DNA from: Rotaria socialis
Lineage: Eukaryota
Length of the DNA: 64,000 nt
Assembly: GCA_905331295.1 (NCBI GenBank)
Contig: CAJNYD010000117.1
Span: 186,001-250,000, forward strand
Direction of reading: 5' to 3'
Position numbers and translations under genes: made by a program. Below the pieces are notes generated by a model. The model worked only from the letters and a program-made list of their open reading frames with translations. It was not told the origin of the DNA and searched no databases. Below, in pieces: positions 39,078 to 51,959 of this stretch (position 1 is its first letter; every line of letters starts with the position of its first letter).

Positions 39078-39747
39078 TCAATAGAAAGATGGAAAAGAGG
39101 TATACGACATTGGATAATTCGGATAAACAGATGACCCACTTGGTTGATAATAAAATTGATCATTAAATGGATAATGCACGCTATTATTTGCTGTATAACT
39201 TAACGGCGATGGCATTGCCCAATAATCTAAAACATCAAAAAAGCACGTTTCCATCTTAAATGTGCACTCAATTTAACACTTACTCGCTGCCGGACTGGAT
39301 GTGACAGAAGGATCGAAGCTGCTCTCATTAGCAGCAAACTGTTGCATATCAATAGGAGGTGATGCAAGAAACGATGGTACTAAATTTTCTTCGTCATGTT
39401 TCACTGCTGGAGTAGCAGGTGTTAATGCCGATTTTTTATTCCGCGCTCGACGATTACTAAACCATACTTGAATGCGATTTTCTTCAATATTTAAACGTTG
39501 CGAAAGATTTTCCCGCGTTGTCACATCAGGATAGGGTGTATGAGAGAAAAATTGTTCTAGTAATTGTAATTGTTCGTTAGTGAAAGACGAACGATAACGC
39601 CGTGCAGGAGCCGTCGAACGCATTGGTAACGTTTCATTCAGTGAATTATCTAAAACAAACAAAATTAACTTTCTTTTTGAGCAATCCTCGAAAAATCTTA
39701 CTTTCATCGGACTCTTCGTAGGTAGTGTCACCATTGGTGTCATTCAT
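39078..39747 (-). CDS. PRD-class homeobox protein with Ser50 and no paired domain (3 exons)
   Basis: [55 protein letters not shown] short acidic first exon, a Tyr/Pro-rich last exon and TATATAAA ~50 bp upstream of the ATG. Confidence 0.9.
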
Positions 39748-41582
39748 CTGTCGAGCAGCTAACTTCGATTGTCGTCGATTGCTTACACCCGGTTTATATG
39801 AACCTGTTTCGGAGTAACGTGAAAGTATTTTTGATATGCAACCATGGGATACCCGAAGCTAAAATATAGTGAATAATTAGTAGAAAGTCTCTCTCACTCA
39901 AAACAAACCATACTTCACGACTGATCATATTTGGACGAATTCCATTTGTTGCCATTTCAATAATTTTCCGACGAATATGATCCGGTAAAGGACGACCATT
40001 AATAAAAACTCCGCCTAATTGATTAACACGACCATGGCCAGCTAAAATTCAAGACCACCTTTTCAATTTTTAGCATATCTTTCAACATGACTTACCCAGA
40101 AGTGCTTCCTGTTCAGCTTTACGAAACATTTTTTACCGTCTGCCTAGAATAAACGAATCAAATATGCTTTATAGTGTATTGAAAGGTTAACAAATCCTGT
40201 GCGTGTATGCGCAATTCGGAATTGATTGACTAATGTGAATCGAATGAAGATGAACACGAAGTTATATGAGAAGACAAGTGTGAACGAACTTGATAAATAT
40301 AAGAAAGAAACAACATGTCGTGCTAATTGATTAAGAGAACATATAGACGACTAATTTCAATTTGTTGATATGGCATTATTGGCCGTGACGATGACTTGTT
40401 TAATTTTCTTCTCGTTTGATTCATAACAAGTAATCGTCAATCGACGAAAGATCCATTGACGTCATCATCAAGGTGGTGTTGTTTTTCAATATTTTATGTA
40501 AGATGAATGATCAATCAATTAATCAACAGAGCGGCATTGGGAAAAATTTTCTTCTTCTTTTCTGATCAATGCATGGCTCGTTTTCAATCGAAGGATTGTT
40601 GAAATGAAATTAATGCAAATTTTCTTCATAACAATCTTTAACTTCGAACAGTTGTTAATTGCCGAGCTTGATATGTGCTGAAATAATTCGAACTATTTGA
40701 GACATGAAATTGCTCAAAAAAATGAACATTGAAAGAAAGTTGTTTGTTTCTTGATATCCCTAGAGAGATAGACTCGGGGATACATTTTTTAACGTATTTA
40801 AGTTTGTATGTCATGAGTTTGTGTCTTGTCGTAGTGAACATTTTGCAATTTTTGTTCAGCAAAAAGTATTGTGATACAATAATAGAACCAGGAATTCAGT
40901 GAACCCTGATACGTATTCCGTGTGACGTAATGAATATAAAAAGACTATTTCAAATCAGTTAATGTGACTAAGAATGATGAAGTTTCAAGAAGTGATGCCA
41001 TGGAACTTGAAAGGTCAAATCTAGATCAGTCTGAAAGTCAGCATTGAGTGGTTTATAGGTATTCAGTTAGAATTGAAAGGAAGAAAAGTCAACTGATTCT
41101 TAGAGAAGATAGAAATAGATTCGTTTAGATCTTTAGTTTTTCTTGCAATTTCTGTTAATATGTGAGTCACCGATGTAAAGATTTCGAGAAATCGGTACAA
41201 CAAACAAATGAATTATGTTATCGATCGCATTTTCCTTCTGATTGGCTTGTTAAACAAATAACAACGAGTAGATTCTAGTATAAGATAGACGAAGGCTAGT
41301 TATGAGCACTGGATTACAACCCATAATTTTTAATTGTGTATCCATGTTTTGCTTTTTTTGTTAAATAACCGATAGTTATCAATTAAGAATTGCAACCAGA
41401 TGTCTAAATTATGCCAAAATATAGCATTTTTCTTTTCTCATCGATAATTATAGCACATAACATACAAACAGTTGGTAGGCATATGTGAATGGCGGTTAGC
41501 ATCGACAGAAAGAGAAAAAAAACCTGTAAAACATTATGTGTTTTCTGCCATCATACATTTATCGATTTAATCAATATTGATC

Positions 41583-44500
41583 ATGAGAATAATTTTCTTC
41601 GTTTTTATTCTATTTTATTCTTCAATAATCAATAGTGAAGAAATATTATCGTATACTGATATAATAACAAGTTATTGTTCACCACCATTTTATTATTATA
41701 AATCGTGGTGTTATTATATATTTCCGAATGTAACTTTGGATTGGTCATCAGCATATCGTTTATGTCGTTCGATTGATAAACATACGTATCTTGCGTATGT
41801 ATCAGGCGACGATGAAATGATTGATCCTCTACGTGACATATTAATTAATCGAGAAAAATCTCAAGAAATCAAGTCCATATGGACAAATACAACATGGGGT
41901 CAGCAACGACGAACAATATTAAGTCGAAATTCAAAACGATCGTGTCGTAAAATTGAATTGAAATCAAATTATAAATTCGGTCATATCGATATGCTTCGAA
42001 TGCCGTTTACGAATTGTCGAGAAAAGCATACGGTCATGTGTCGAAAAGAACTTCCATTGAATATCGAGTGCCGACGACCATGGGCATTAGCTTATGGAAT
42101 ATGTTATTATCTAGATGAACAAAAACGTATTAGTAAAACAGAAGAAGAAGATCGTAATAGAGTTCAATGTCAAGCATGGGAAGGCGAATTATTTTCTAGT
42201 TCGAAACAAGAAAAAAATATTCTTATTCCATTTCTATCATATTCATTACATAGTCTTCGATCAAGTGGAATTCTATCTGAAAATTTCGGTGGCATATCTT
42301 ATTCATTTGAAAATATTCTACAAGAAAATTGCTCCCTTATATCCGGTGATGTTTACTTAAGTACAACTCTTAATCAATTAAGAAATCGAAATTCAACAAA
42401 AAATTGTTCTGCATATAATTCCTATACACTATGTCGACAAGTTCAAAATACAACTTGTGAACCACCATGGTTTTATGATGATGGATTTTGTCTTTATTTT
42501 TCACCACAATCACTTTTCGATATGGCAGCTGCAACGATTGAATGTTCACGTCAAGATGGCTATTTGCTATATGTTAATAATGAAGAAGAACTGTTTCGAT
42601 TAACACATAATCTTGTATCTTTAACACCATATTTTAAACATCTTTCATTGGCCGGTGTATGGTTAGCACTGTCCTATAGAGCGATGAGCTCAGCCAATGG
42701 TGATCCCGCAGAAGATAGTTTTGCTTGGCAATGGGATTTATCGATTGAATCTTATCTCGATGAAAAATGGAAATTATATGAATGGAAAAATTTCTTTCAA
42801 CATCGTCTATCACCCTATGTTGTCAGTGCAGGTGATTGTGCTGCATTAATTCTTGATACCAAAATACGTGAGCCCATTGAACGTACGACATGTCACACAC
42901 GTCGAACAGTTGTATGTCGAAAACCGCTAGATAATCAAACGGTGTCATTTCATAAGAAAGTTAAATATGAGAAAATTTTAAATTTAAAAAATTCCACTCA
43001 GATTTCGGAATTTCCTTCAAAATCAAGAAATCTATCATCACTATCCACATTAATGATTACTCGACATGTATTTGAACCATTAAGTTCAACAAAACATCGA
43101 TTAATTGCTTATTTCAATGGATCTTCAACAGTAACAATAACTCTTGTTTTTGCATGTAAATCGAAAGGAATTCTTTTTCAAGCATCAATTCCGTCCAATG
43201 AATTATTATCGATTATGAAATTTGATATAGGAAACAATTCAATACAAAGTGAATATCAAGTACTGTTTAATTATCTTCAAGTATCAAATTGTACGAATAC
43301 AACAATAAATCAATGTATTTATCTATCGTGTATACAAAATGATCCATGGCATTATACATTATCTGAAATGCAAAATCGTTTAAATATGATTCGTAATCAA
43401 TCATCAACTAATTCTCGATGTTTAATGAAATATGCTAATTCAAACTTTCATGCACAAATCTGTTCTATTTTGATCGATCAATTTCGTATAGGCGAAGAAA
43501 CACTATTAGCTGCTCCAGTATCTTCATCGAAAACAAATGATTGTAAAGATTTCGGTGGACAATGCGTTCCTAATTCATTGATAGTCTCATCTTCGATGTC
43601 ATTTACTGATAGTGATTTAACTTGCCCAACAGGATTTATTTGTTGGCTACAAGGTAAACTGTTTTTCTAAACTAAATTTATAGAAGTACACGGCGTCTGT
43701 GGAAGATTCTTTTAATATGACTTTACGGATTTAATGAATGCTTCAGATATCTCAAAGGGAAATATGCTATCAGCGAAGCTTAAAGAAAACATTCCGTTCC
43801 AGGTTTTTTTTAATACTCCGGAGGTGGACTGCAATATATTCACAATTAATTCCATCTTGTCGCTTTTGAAATATTTCCCGATGGTTGAATTACATTGAAT
43901 ACGTCTAGGAGAGTTATGGACTATTTTACTTCACTCATTATGTTTTCGACAGTTTCATTCCAGTCTACGTCTATGTGCTGTTGACACCATTGGATGTAGA
44001 GGCACCGGGGAAATTTGACGAGACAAGAGGAAATGAATGAGATACTTATTAATCAGGGTTTAGACATTGGGCAGATTCTGATTCAAATTTCAGATGAATG
44101 TAGCGGAAGACACATCTAAAGGATTCAACGTCCTGGAGATTAACTCGTTGAATAACAAAATTTTTGTCTACTGTTTGAACATAAACGAACCTACTTTTTC
44201 TTATTCAGGTGAAAATTGTAGTGCTAATGCTTACTGTATTGATCGTGTTCGATATCCATGTTCTCCGGCATCTCATTTATCCAATATAACCTGTTCGAAT
44301 TCTCACCACGATTGTTGCACATCTACATCGATATCAATGGATTCATCATTAATTATTTCTACTGGATCAAATTATCAAAGCTGGAACATTCTTTTACCAA
44401 TTTATTATTTTTCATTTCATGGCACATCGAAATGGGATAAATTCTTTTTTAATTCTTGGCTACGTATGGGCAGTGATATCTCTCATGATTTTGTTAACGA

Positions 44501-45092
44501 TGAATTTTTATTCTCCTGTACAAGTATTTTTATAGAGCCAACATTATTGTTAACGCACGATTCATGTTTACCAACACGTTTGACAAGTAATGATAGACGT
44601 TCGATATTATTTTCACTGACGAAAAAGGCTGATAATGACGAATATGATAGAGTAGCATTACATATTGATACCTATCAAATCTATTCACCATTTCAATTAG
44701 TACGACTCGCATATCAACATGATTTTCTTGTTAATAAAACATTTAAAAAGCTAAATAACATAAAATTAAATAAAGAAAAAATCAATGAACTTTATTGTGT
44801 TCTGGTTTTCAATGAAAATGATATACGACAAGTTCGATTAATAAATGATTTCGAACGACAATTTATTTTCTATGATAATATTTCTTTATTTTCATTTGTT
44901 AATACAAATGATGATGATGATGATGATGAATGGTCATTTTCACCTATTCTCTGTATTCTTGATGACAACGTAAAAGATTGGACAATCGTTGGTATTAGCG
45001 GGCAACAACTTAAACATAAATGTACGATTATTAATCAAATAAAATATTGTCAAATGACATTTGTCTATTCATCAACATGGATCGATAACTAA
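41583..45092 (+). CDS. Secreted protein with three C-type lectin-like domains, Cys-knot modules and a degenerate trypsin-like C-terminus; exons 41583-43653, 44209-45092
   Basis: Signal peptide; three repeats of C..PW/F....CYY...C...C...C; CKDFGGQC..CPTGFIC and CC modules; C-terminal CTSIFIEPTLLLTHDSC...SPILC...WTIVGI...VYSSTWI. A phase-1 intron joins the ORFs. Confidence 0.8.
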
Positions 45093-45851
45093 AGAAAACA
45101 CAAAACTTGCCCTTTTCATTTTCATCTATGTAACTCGTATTTTTACCAAGCTTGCTTCTCTACGTAGATATCAAAAAACATGTCTTATGATTCAATTTTC
45201 GATTATAATAAAGGGGATCACCTGTTTTAAAATCATATTCAAAGAATTTGACATTGCAAAACTATGGAAAAGTCACTAAACATTGATTCAGCTACATCAC
45301 ACGGCAGACAGCATTGCGACTATACGAAGGAACATCGTCAAGGAGCGGAAAACGTATTTATTAGTTTGATGATGTGCTAAAAATAGTTCATCTAGGCTTT
45401 GGTATGCATCAAGGAAAACAAAAGAAAGATTACTTTTTAATTATTCAATTCATAGCTGATTCATTACTTTAATTTCAATGCAACCATCATACTGACGTTG
45501 ACAAGGTGTTGCATCATACTCGAACAACGAAGGATGTTTCTGTCTTTTACGCTGTCTTATGATAGGCTCAATGATATGATGTTTTCAACACAGCGAATAA
45601 TTACTAGCGGTAACTCTTTACAGAAGATTAATCTGACTTGTACAGTTAATACACGCAAGTATTTTTGGTTCCGATATAGAAACGAAAAGATTAGATGTAT
45701 GCTACAATGTCTTGCACAATGTAGTTAGATTCATAATTCTGTCAAATAGCTATCATAGATACCATACAGATTGAATACGAACAATTTTTCAAATCATGCC
45801 ACTCAACATGAAATCTATGTTATAATGATGGAATTTTTTAAAAATTTTAAC

Positions 45852-45941
45852 CAAGGAGGAACAAACTGATTTCCAGGCATAGAAATCAGCGGAAATCACT
45901 GAAAATCATACGAAATCATGGAATCAGTTTGTTCCCCCTTG
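45852..45941. mobile_element. ~90-bp MITE, CAAGG(A/G)GG-terminus family
   Basis: TIRs CAAGGAGGAACAAACTGATT and AATCAGTTTGTTCCCCCTTG. Related ends at ~8655-8671, ~48985-48998 and 61100. Confidence 0.75.
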
Positions 45942-46088
45942 ATGTTAACGCTTATCTCAACATCATTTTATTTATTTCGTTTGCTACCTGTATGTAGATA
46001 TTACAAGTACATTATGTCAAACAGTGTTATTTATATATAATACAAATATCATGCTAGTTCATTGTTAGAAGAAGTCGTTTGAGTTATT

Positions 46089-47133
46089 TCAAGATAATTT
46101 TGATTCGTACGAATATTGAGTGACGCTGCTTTGCAACACAATTTGATTGATTGCCAACATCTTTTCATTAAAACAGTCTTTGCTTGACGACGAAAACGTG
46201 ATGATAATATCAGAAAAACATAAAAATTGATCTAAACTGACATCGAATACGAAGAAGAACACTGAAAATGCAAAGTGAAAGCTTCTATTTTAATTTTATC
46301 GCGAAATTAGCGTGCATCAGTGTAGTAAATACTGCTGACAATAGGCTAACTATGGCTATTTCCATAATATTGCTTGCACTGATATTTAAATCCACTGAAT
46401 ATTGAGAAATAATAATATATGGAAAGCCGAATATCATAAGAACCATCATCACACGTATCGAAGCGATTGCTGCCATTTGACGATCAAGACGTCGACGAAA
46501 TACTGGTAGTTGCAGACGAACGTTCCAATACGCCAATAAATTCGACGTTAAAGTGACAGCCACAGGAAGAATATTGACCAAAATTGGATAATAGAAACAC
46601 GAGTAGTAACGCCTTGCTATTGGATTGTATACATTACAACCCGGTGACGGTTGAATTTCAGTGATAATAACAGCTGTCATGCTATGCGAAACGGTAAAGC
46701 ACACACATTAAGAATTGTTTAAAATTATGCTAATTTAAGTGTGCTCTTTGTCGCCATCTAGGTCGAACATTCGTCGATAGATATTGATCAAACGAAAGAA
46801 AACATATTAAATAGAGAACGTAACGCGAACGCTTGTAACATCATGGCTTGAGTTTTGCACCAGGAGAGCGAAGTTTGAGCTGGATCATAGCCAATAGTAT
46901 GTGCCACAAATTTTGGCATATTTAATGTAAAAAGCAAACCAATATTAGAGATAGACTCGATAATAAAATAAGAAGCGACTTGATTTCCTCGGAAAGGTCG
47001 CAAACTGGTGACAACCAAAATTAGTGAAATATTACCAATAATTCCAACGGTAGAATTAAAAATGCCGGCATAAAATTTATATTCACCTGTTACGACAAGA
47101 AGTTGTTGAGCTAGTAGCTATTTGTTGTGTCAT
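46089..47133 (-). pseudogene. Frameshifted divergent rhodopsin-like GPCR
   Basis: TM1 GIIGNISLILVV and WCKTQ, a frameshift at the FDQYLSTN (DRY-equivalent) region, RRRLDRQM, and a post-intron INFYVFLILSSRFRRQ. The frame is broken in at least three places. Confidence 0.75.
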
Positions 47134-47735
47134 CTGGTTTGAAGGTAACAAACATCTTTTTGTAATTTACTGGCTGATAAATAATTATCGTTTGTCGATA
47201 TCAGATAAGAATAGATGTCCTAACAAATCAACATTGTTTATCGTTTAAATGAAGTTGCCAAAGTTTCTAAACAGAAAATAAAAATGAATGTCGCTCTATG
47301 GATAGGCTATGGAAAATTGTGAGAAACTCTCAACAAATAAAACTAATATAAACGCCTATTTGCCATATGCCATAATCTTATTGAAATAATGGTGTACGCA
47401 ATATATATAGAATCTATGAATCTGTCCAACCATGAAATAACTCTTTGAAGTATCAAAGAAAACATTAAAATCAAACGCATAAACACATAACTCATACACG
47501 TTCAATATTCATATTCTAATTGACAAAAAAAAGAATGCTTACGTGTAAAAGTTTATTTTTGTCTTAAATAATATACTTTATCACTCGATTAAGTGTCTTT
47601 TTGTGAGTTTAATGCATTCGTATCGATGTTACAAACATCCAATCTGAAAGCTTCTTCAATCTATTAACACCACAAAAGGAAACCTCTTCCAGTGAAGGGA
47701 ATAATAATGATAATAATTGTATCTACGTCTATATT

Positions 47736-47848
<113 letters not shown>

Positions 47849-48059
47849 AGTAAAGCTAATACAGTGTTTGAGTGAAGCTGATATTCCTGATGTAGTTATG
47901 TCATGATTTTGTATTGAAATTTGACTAAAAAATAATTTGAATTAGTATCTAATTAATATTATATTAAAGCTAAGTCAGCACACTGTTTATGCAATGACGC
48001 TATAACATATTGTACTTTTTAGTTCGTTATTTTTCCACCAACTCTTATTTCAACATTAA

Positions 48060-48920
48060 AGTACTAGGATAAAAAAGTAATGAACTAACTTCAAAAATAC
48101 TTTAGTGTCGTAAACGAAGGAGAGATAGATGTCTCTTCTCCACCTGGCTGTTTTTATCGTGTTAGCGTAAGCGTAGCATTTTCTTCTTGGGTTTATTTGA
48201 GTACTTTTTGACGGGAAAATGTCGACTTTCAGAAGACGATCAATCAATGGAACTTGCATCTGACGTTTTTTGCATTTCATTTGTTCCTTGACTGAACGAA
48301 GAAAGGTTTTGTCTTCTCTTGTTTTGTTCCTAAGTGAATTTTTTCAGTTGAAAATTTAAGTAATTGATAAAGCACGAGACGCATAGAAATGTCTAATTTA
48401 GTATTTCATTATGATGCCAGTAAAGTCATAAAAAATTTACTCACCGATATCTTATCTTTCTTCGAAGATCAATAAACCGGCTCTATTCTTCTTCACGGTT
48501 CTGCATACTTCTATTTATTACATTGATGAAGATAATCAAATAAACTAGGACTAGAATAGTATTTATCTATAGAGACAACGACTGACCGTTTCTCTCTCGG
48601 CACATTTAAATAAAGTTGTAAATATTGATCGAATTACGTCAATTTGTTCTCGACAATTCACTTCCGTTTTAAAACCAAAAATAACTATGAAATCTATTAC
48701 AAAACCTGTTGTGCAATCATTTATGCCTGTTTGGTCGTATGTGCTGTTTAAAGCTCAAAAGACACTTCTGCAAAATTTAAGTGTCGTCAATGCAAAGCTT
48801 TTCCTACGAACGCAAACAATAGAACTGTTTTTTTTCTCCACGGCTTGTTGCAGTTTGTAAAGGCCATTTCTAGCAATTTAGTTTCGGTTATCATTCACGT
48901 TGAAATACTTATTCTTACGG
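48060..48920 (-). mobile_element. Decayed piggyBac-like transposase
   Basis: Minus-strand fragments in colinear order: NDN...LYKLQ, EKLCIDDT*ILQKCLLSFKQHIRPNRH, DCTTGFVIDFIVIFG, IDKYYSSPSL and C-terminal FPSK..NPRRKC...RRD. These match the PGBD LCIDES..FKGRLSFKQYI, DNYYSSP and cysteine-rich tail motifs. Confidence 0.75.
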
Positions 48921-49221
48921 TCTTTTCTTAATTAATTTTTCTAGAACAAAAGCGGACCCCAGATCCTTGAATCCTATCGGATGCACTTTTCTCCCTTGTG
49001 CACAAGTGTCGGATGAATTCTTTTTTCTTTGTTATGTAGCTCTTGGTATACACTAAATTGGAAAAGATCTATATTTCAGTTTAGAAGTATTTGTCATTGG
49101 ATAATAGATGACTCAGTAAGTTAAGAAATTCCTCTGAATCGATACGATGAAAAACTATGAAAAGTTATCGTTCCATAAACATCTTTGCTTTGAGAAAATG
49201 ACTTTTTCTTGTATGATAAAA

Positions 49222-49303
49222 TTGAGGGTGTGGGTGTGGATTTGCATGTATAGTGTGCATGTGGATAAGCGTTTGGGCAGAATAACACCCACACCCACAC
49301 CCA
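49222..49303. repeat. Foldback element with inverted telomere-like arms
   Basis: TTGAGGGTGTGGGTGTGG...CACCCACACCCACACCCA. Confidence 0.75.
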
Positions 49304-50619
49304 ATCTCGAAATAAGAGAGTAATTTGTTAAACTTCAACCACCGATCTAATAAGAATCGATTTTCTCAGAGAGGAAACAATATTTTTTCAAGCTGAATAT
49401 ATAATTGTGTTCGCTGTAACTCGACGGTTCGAATGACGTAAGAAAGTTTGAGATATGCTTTCAAAAAAAAATCCTTGATGATTTTGCGAGACATCAATTT
49501 GAACGTGCCTATATGGAGACCTAGTGGAGCTTCTAAAACATGAAGCGTATGCTTTTTACTGGTCAAAGTTACATCAGTAGATTCAGATTTTCATGCTGAA
49601 TTCGATGATGATAGTTTTCGAAGCTTAGAAGATTGTTAAACTAGGTAATTTTCGAGTTTTCTCCGGAAAAGTGAAATATTCACTTTTTCAGGTGCAATTT
49701 GTATTTTGAAAATTTCTTAGTCAAAACGGAAGCTTATAAATATTTTAAAGGTAATATGCATGATCTATTCATCGAGCTCTAGTCAACCATGTAATAATAA
49801 ATGGGAGTTTTTTTTTTCTACCGGTCGATGTTTGACTATGGTGCATCTTACATGGCTTTTAAAAAGTTATCTGGCACGTTTTCTAGTTCCGATATTTGAT
49901 ATCAACCGCTATAATAGGACATAATTAATGTTACGGTTCAATGACTCTATTTCATTTTATATTCGATCGAGCCGAAGTCAATAACTGTATAGAAATATTT
50001 TCATATTTTATTTTATTCGCTATACGATCACTGCCGACATTCTTAATTAGATTGCTTTTACCTGTGTAATGAAAGCATGTTGATTTGTCATACGTCTTTC
50101 AACGCATGATTAGTCATTCTAAATATTTGACTAGCGAAAGTAAAACTAAAAGTCTTACATTTGATGAAGATCACAGTTAAATGTTAAAATACATTTTAAT
50201 TGGCATAAAAAGAAAAAAAATGATCAGTTTTTAATTCATAATGAATATTGTATTGGTTTCATTTAGCTTTGATGAACTTTAAGTAGATCATAAACGTAAC
50301 TTGCAAAAAACAATTCAAAACTGTATTAATTAAAATTTTCAAGTCGACTCCTGAAAAGTAGATAATCAAATCTTCATCTAAATGCGTCTTTATCATTTCT
50401 ATATAATACGAAAATGCTTGTAAAAGCTGTCAACATGAATCCAAGGACATATATTGAAAATTCGAGCATGACTTTCACTGACTTGACGTCATATAATGAT
50501 AGCATGACTGCACATTTTCTTTTTCGTGCTTGATAGAAATAAATAAATGGTCACCGGTAGACATAGTTGAATGCAATATTTATTTTCAACTAATTTTCGT
50601 TCGTCGATCAGTTTAAATT

Positions 50620-51604
50620 ATGATTCACTGTTTTCGCCTTGTTCTTTTTATCGGTTTTATGTTCATCGTAGTGACTGGCTACAAAATTAAACGCGACACT
50701 GAGTCGTCTATCAGCAATACTAACTCTGGAGGTATGAATAGTATAGTATTTCAGACAAGATTTGTTCCTATCATAGAAGTAAATTAGTATAAATATGAAA
50801 TAATATGCAGAGATTGCATCTATTGCTGTACGGTACTATGTAGACGAGAGTATAATATCGAAAGTGTTTGACTATAAGAGTACACGATACGAAAAGAAAT
50901 GTATCCTACACATCACTAATGGTTTGCGAGCATGAATAAGGAGGAATAATTGACTTGAATTTTGTTGAATATAATAGATGTTAACTAAAGTAATGATTGA
51001 GAACCTTAATTTGAATAATTATGATTAACTCGGTGTTTATTGTACTTCAGGTACAGATTCAAAATATCCAACTGGTGCTATCATTGGAGCTGTAGTTGGC
51101 GGTAGCATCGGATTTGTACTTCTCGTGGTCTGTTGTAGTACTTTGTGTGTAATATTCATATTGATACCAAGGTTCTACACATCTTTCAAGTCACCCAGTC
51201 CTGCCGTTACTGGCATGCATAGTGTTGTTGCTAGTGCATATCGAACAGGCGAATCAATTTTTGTGCCGGGTACCTATGCAAGTTACTATTCTAAAAATGG
51301 TTGGTACCGTGGACCATTCTATATGACACTGGGATTTTATAACACCGCTGGCTATATGGTTTATGGAAAAGGAAAAGACGATGTAGCTAGCTATGCTATA
51401 AAAGGTTTTTATTCGCCCATAACTCGTCGAATGGGTTTGCAACTACATTATCAGATTGGAACAGGAGATCCCGACCAAAATATAGGTCAAACAATATCCG
51501 CTCATGTGCAGTGGAATGAATACCAACAACAGTTTGAAGGCAATTATTATTCTTCAATAGAAAATGCCGGAAAAGACAATAGTTTTATAATCAAACGTAA
51601 CTGA
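50620..51604 (+). CDS. Type I membrane protein with a very short ectodomain and a Gly/aromatic-rich beta-type intracellular domain; exons 50620-50731, 51051-51604
   Basis: Signal peptide MIHCFRLVLFIGFMFIVVTG, TM GAIIGAVVGGSIGFVLLVVCC, and tail GKGKDDVASYAIKG...GTGDPDQNIG...QWN...FEGNYY. The phase-1 splice is in frame. Confidence 0.75.
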
Positions 51605-51959
51605 ATTGATTATAGACCATATAAAATTGCATTTCACGCATAAAAATAAGATTCATTTTTCAAATATTTGACAAAGTTTTTCCTGTTATTATTTTTCGTT
51701 TTATTATATTATGTACAAGACAAAAAGTCAATGTGACAGAACAACGAAAAAAAATATTTTTTTTCTTTTGTTTTTTAATTTGCTTTTTAGTTCGTTGTAA
51801 TGTCAAGTAGTTTTTTTCTTCTTCTTGTACGTAGTTATGAATTCATTATCATCTGTATTAACGAAGACAAATCTTAATGAATAAGATTGATTATTTATTG
51901 GTTATCTATGGCAATCATATTGAAAAAATATTGTCAATGATAATTATAGAAATGATATA

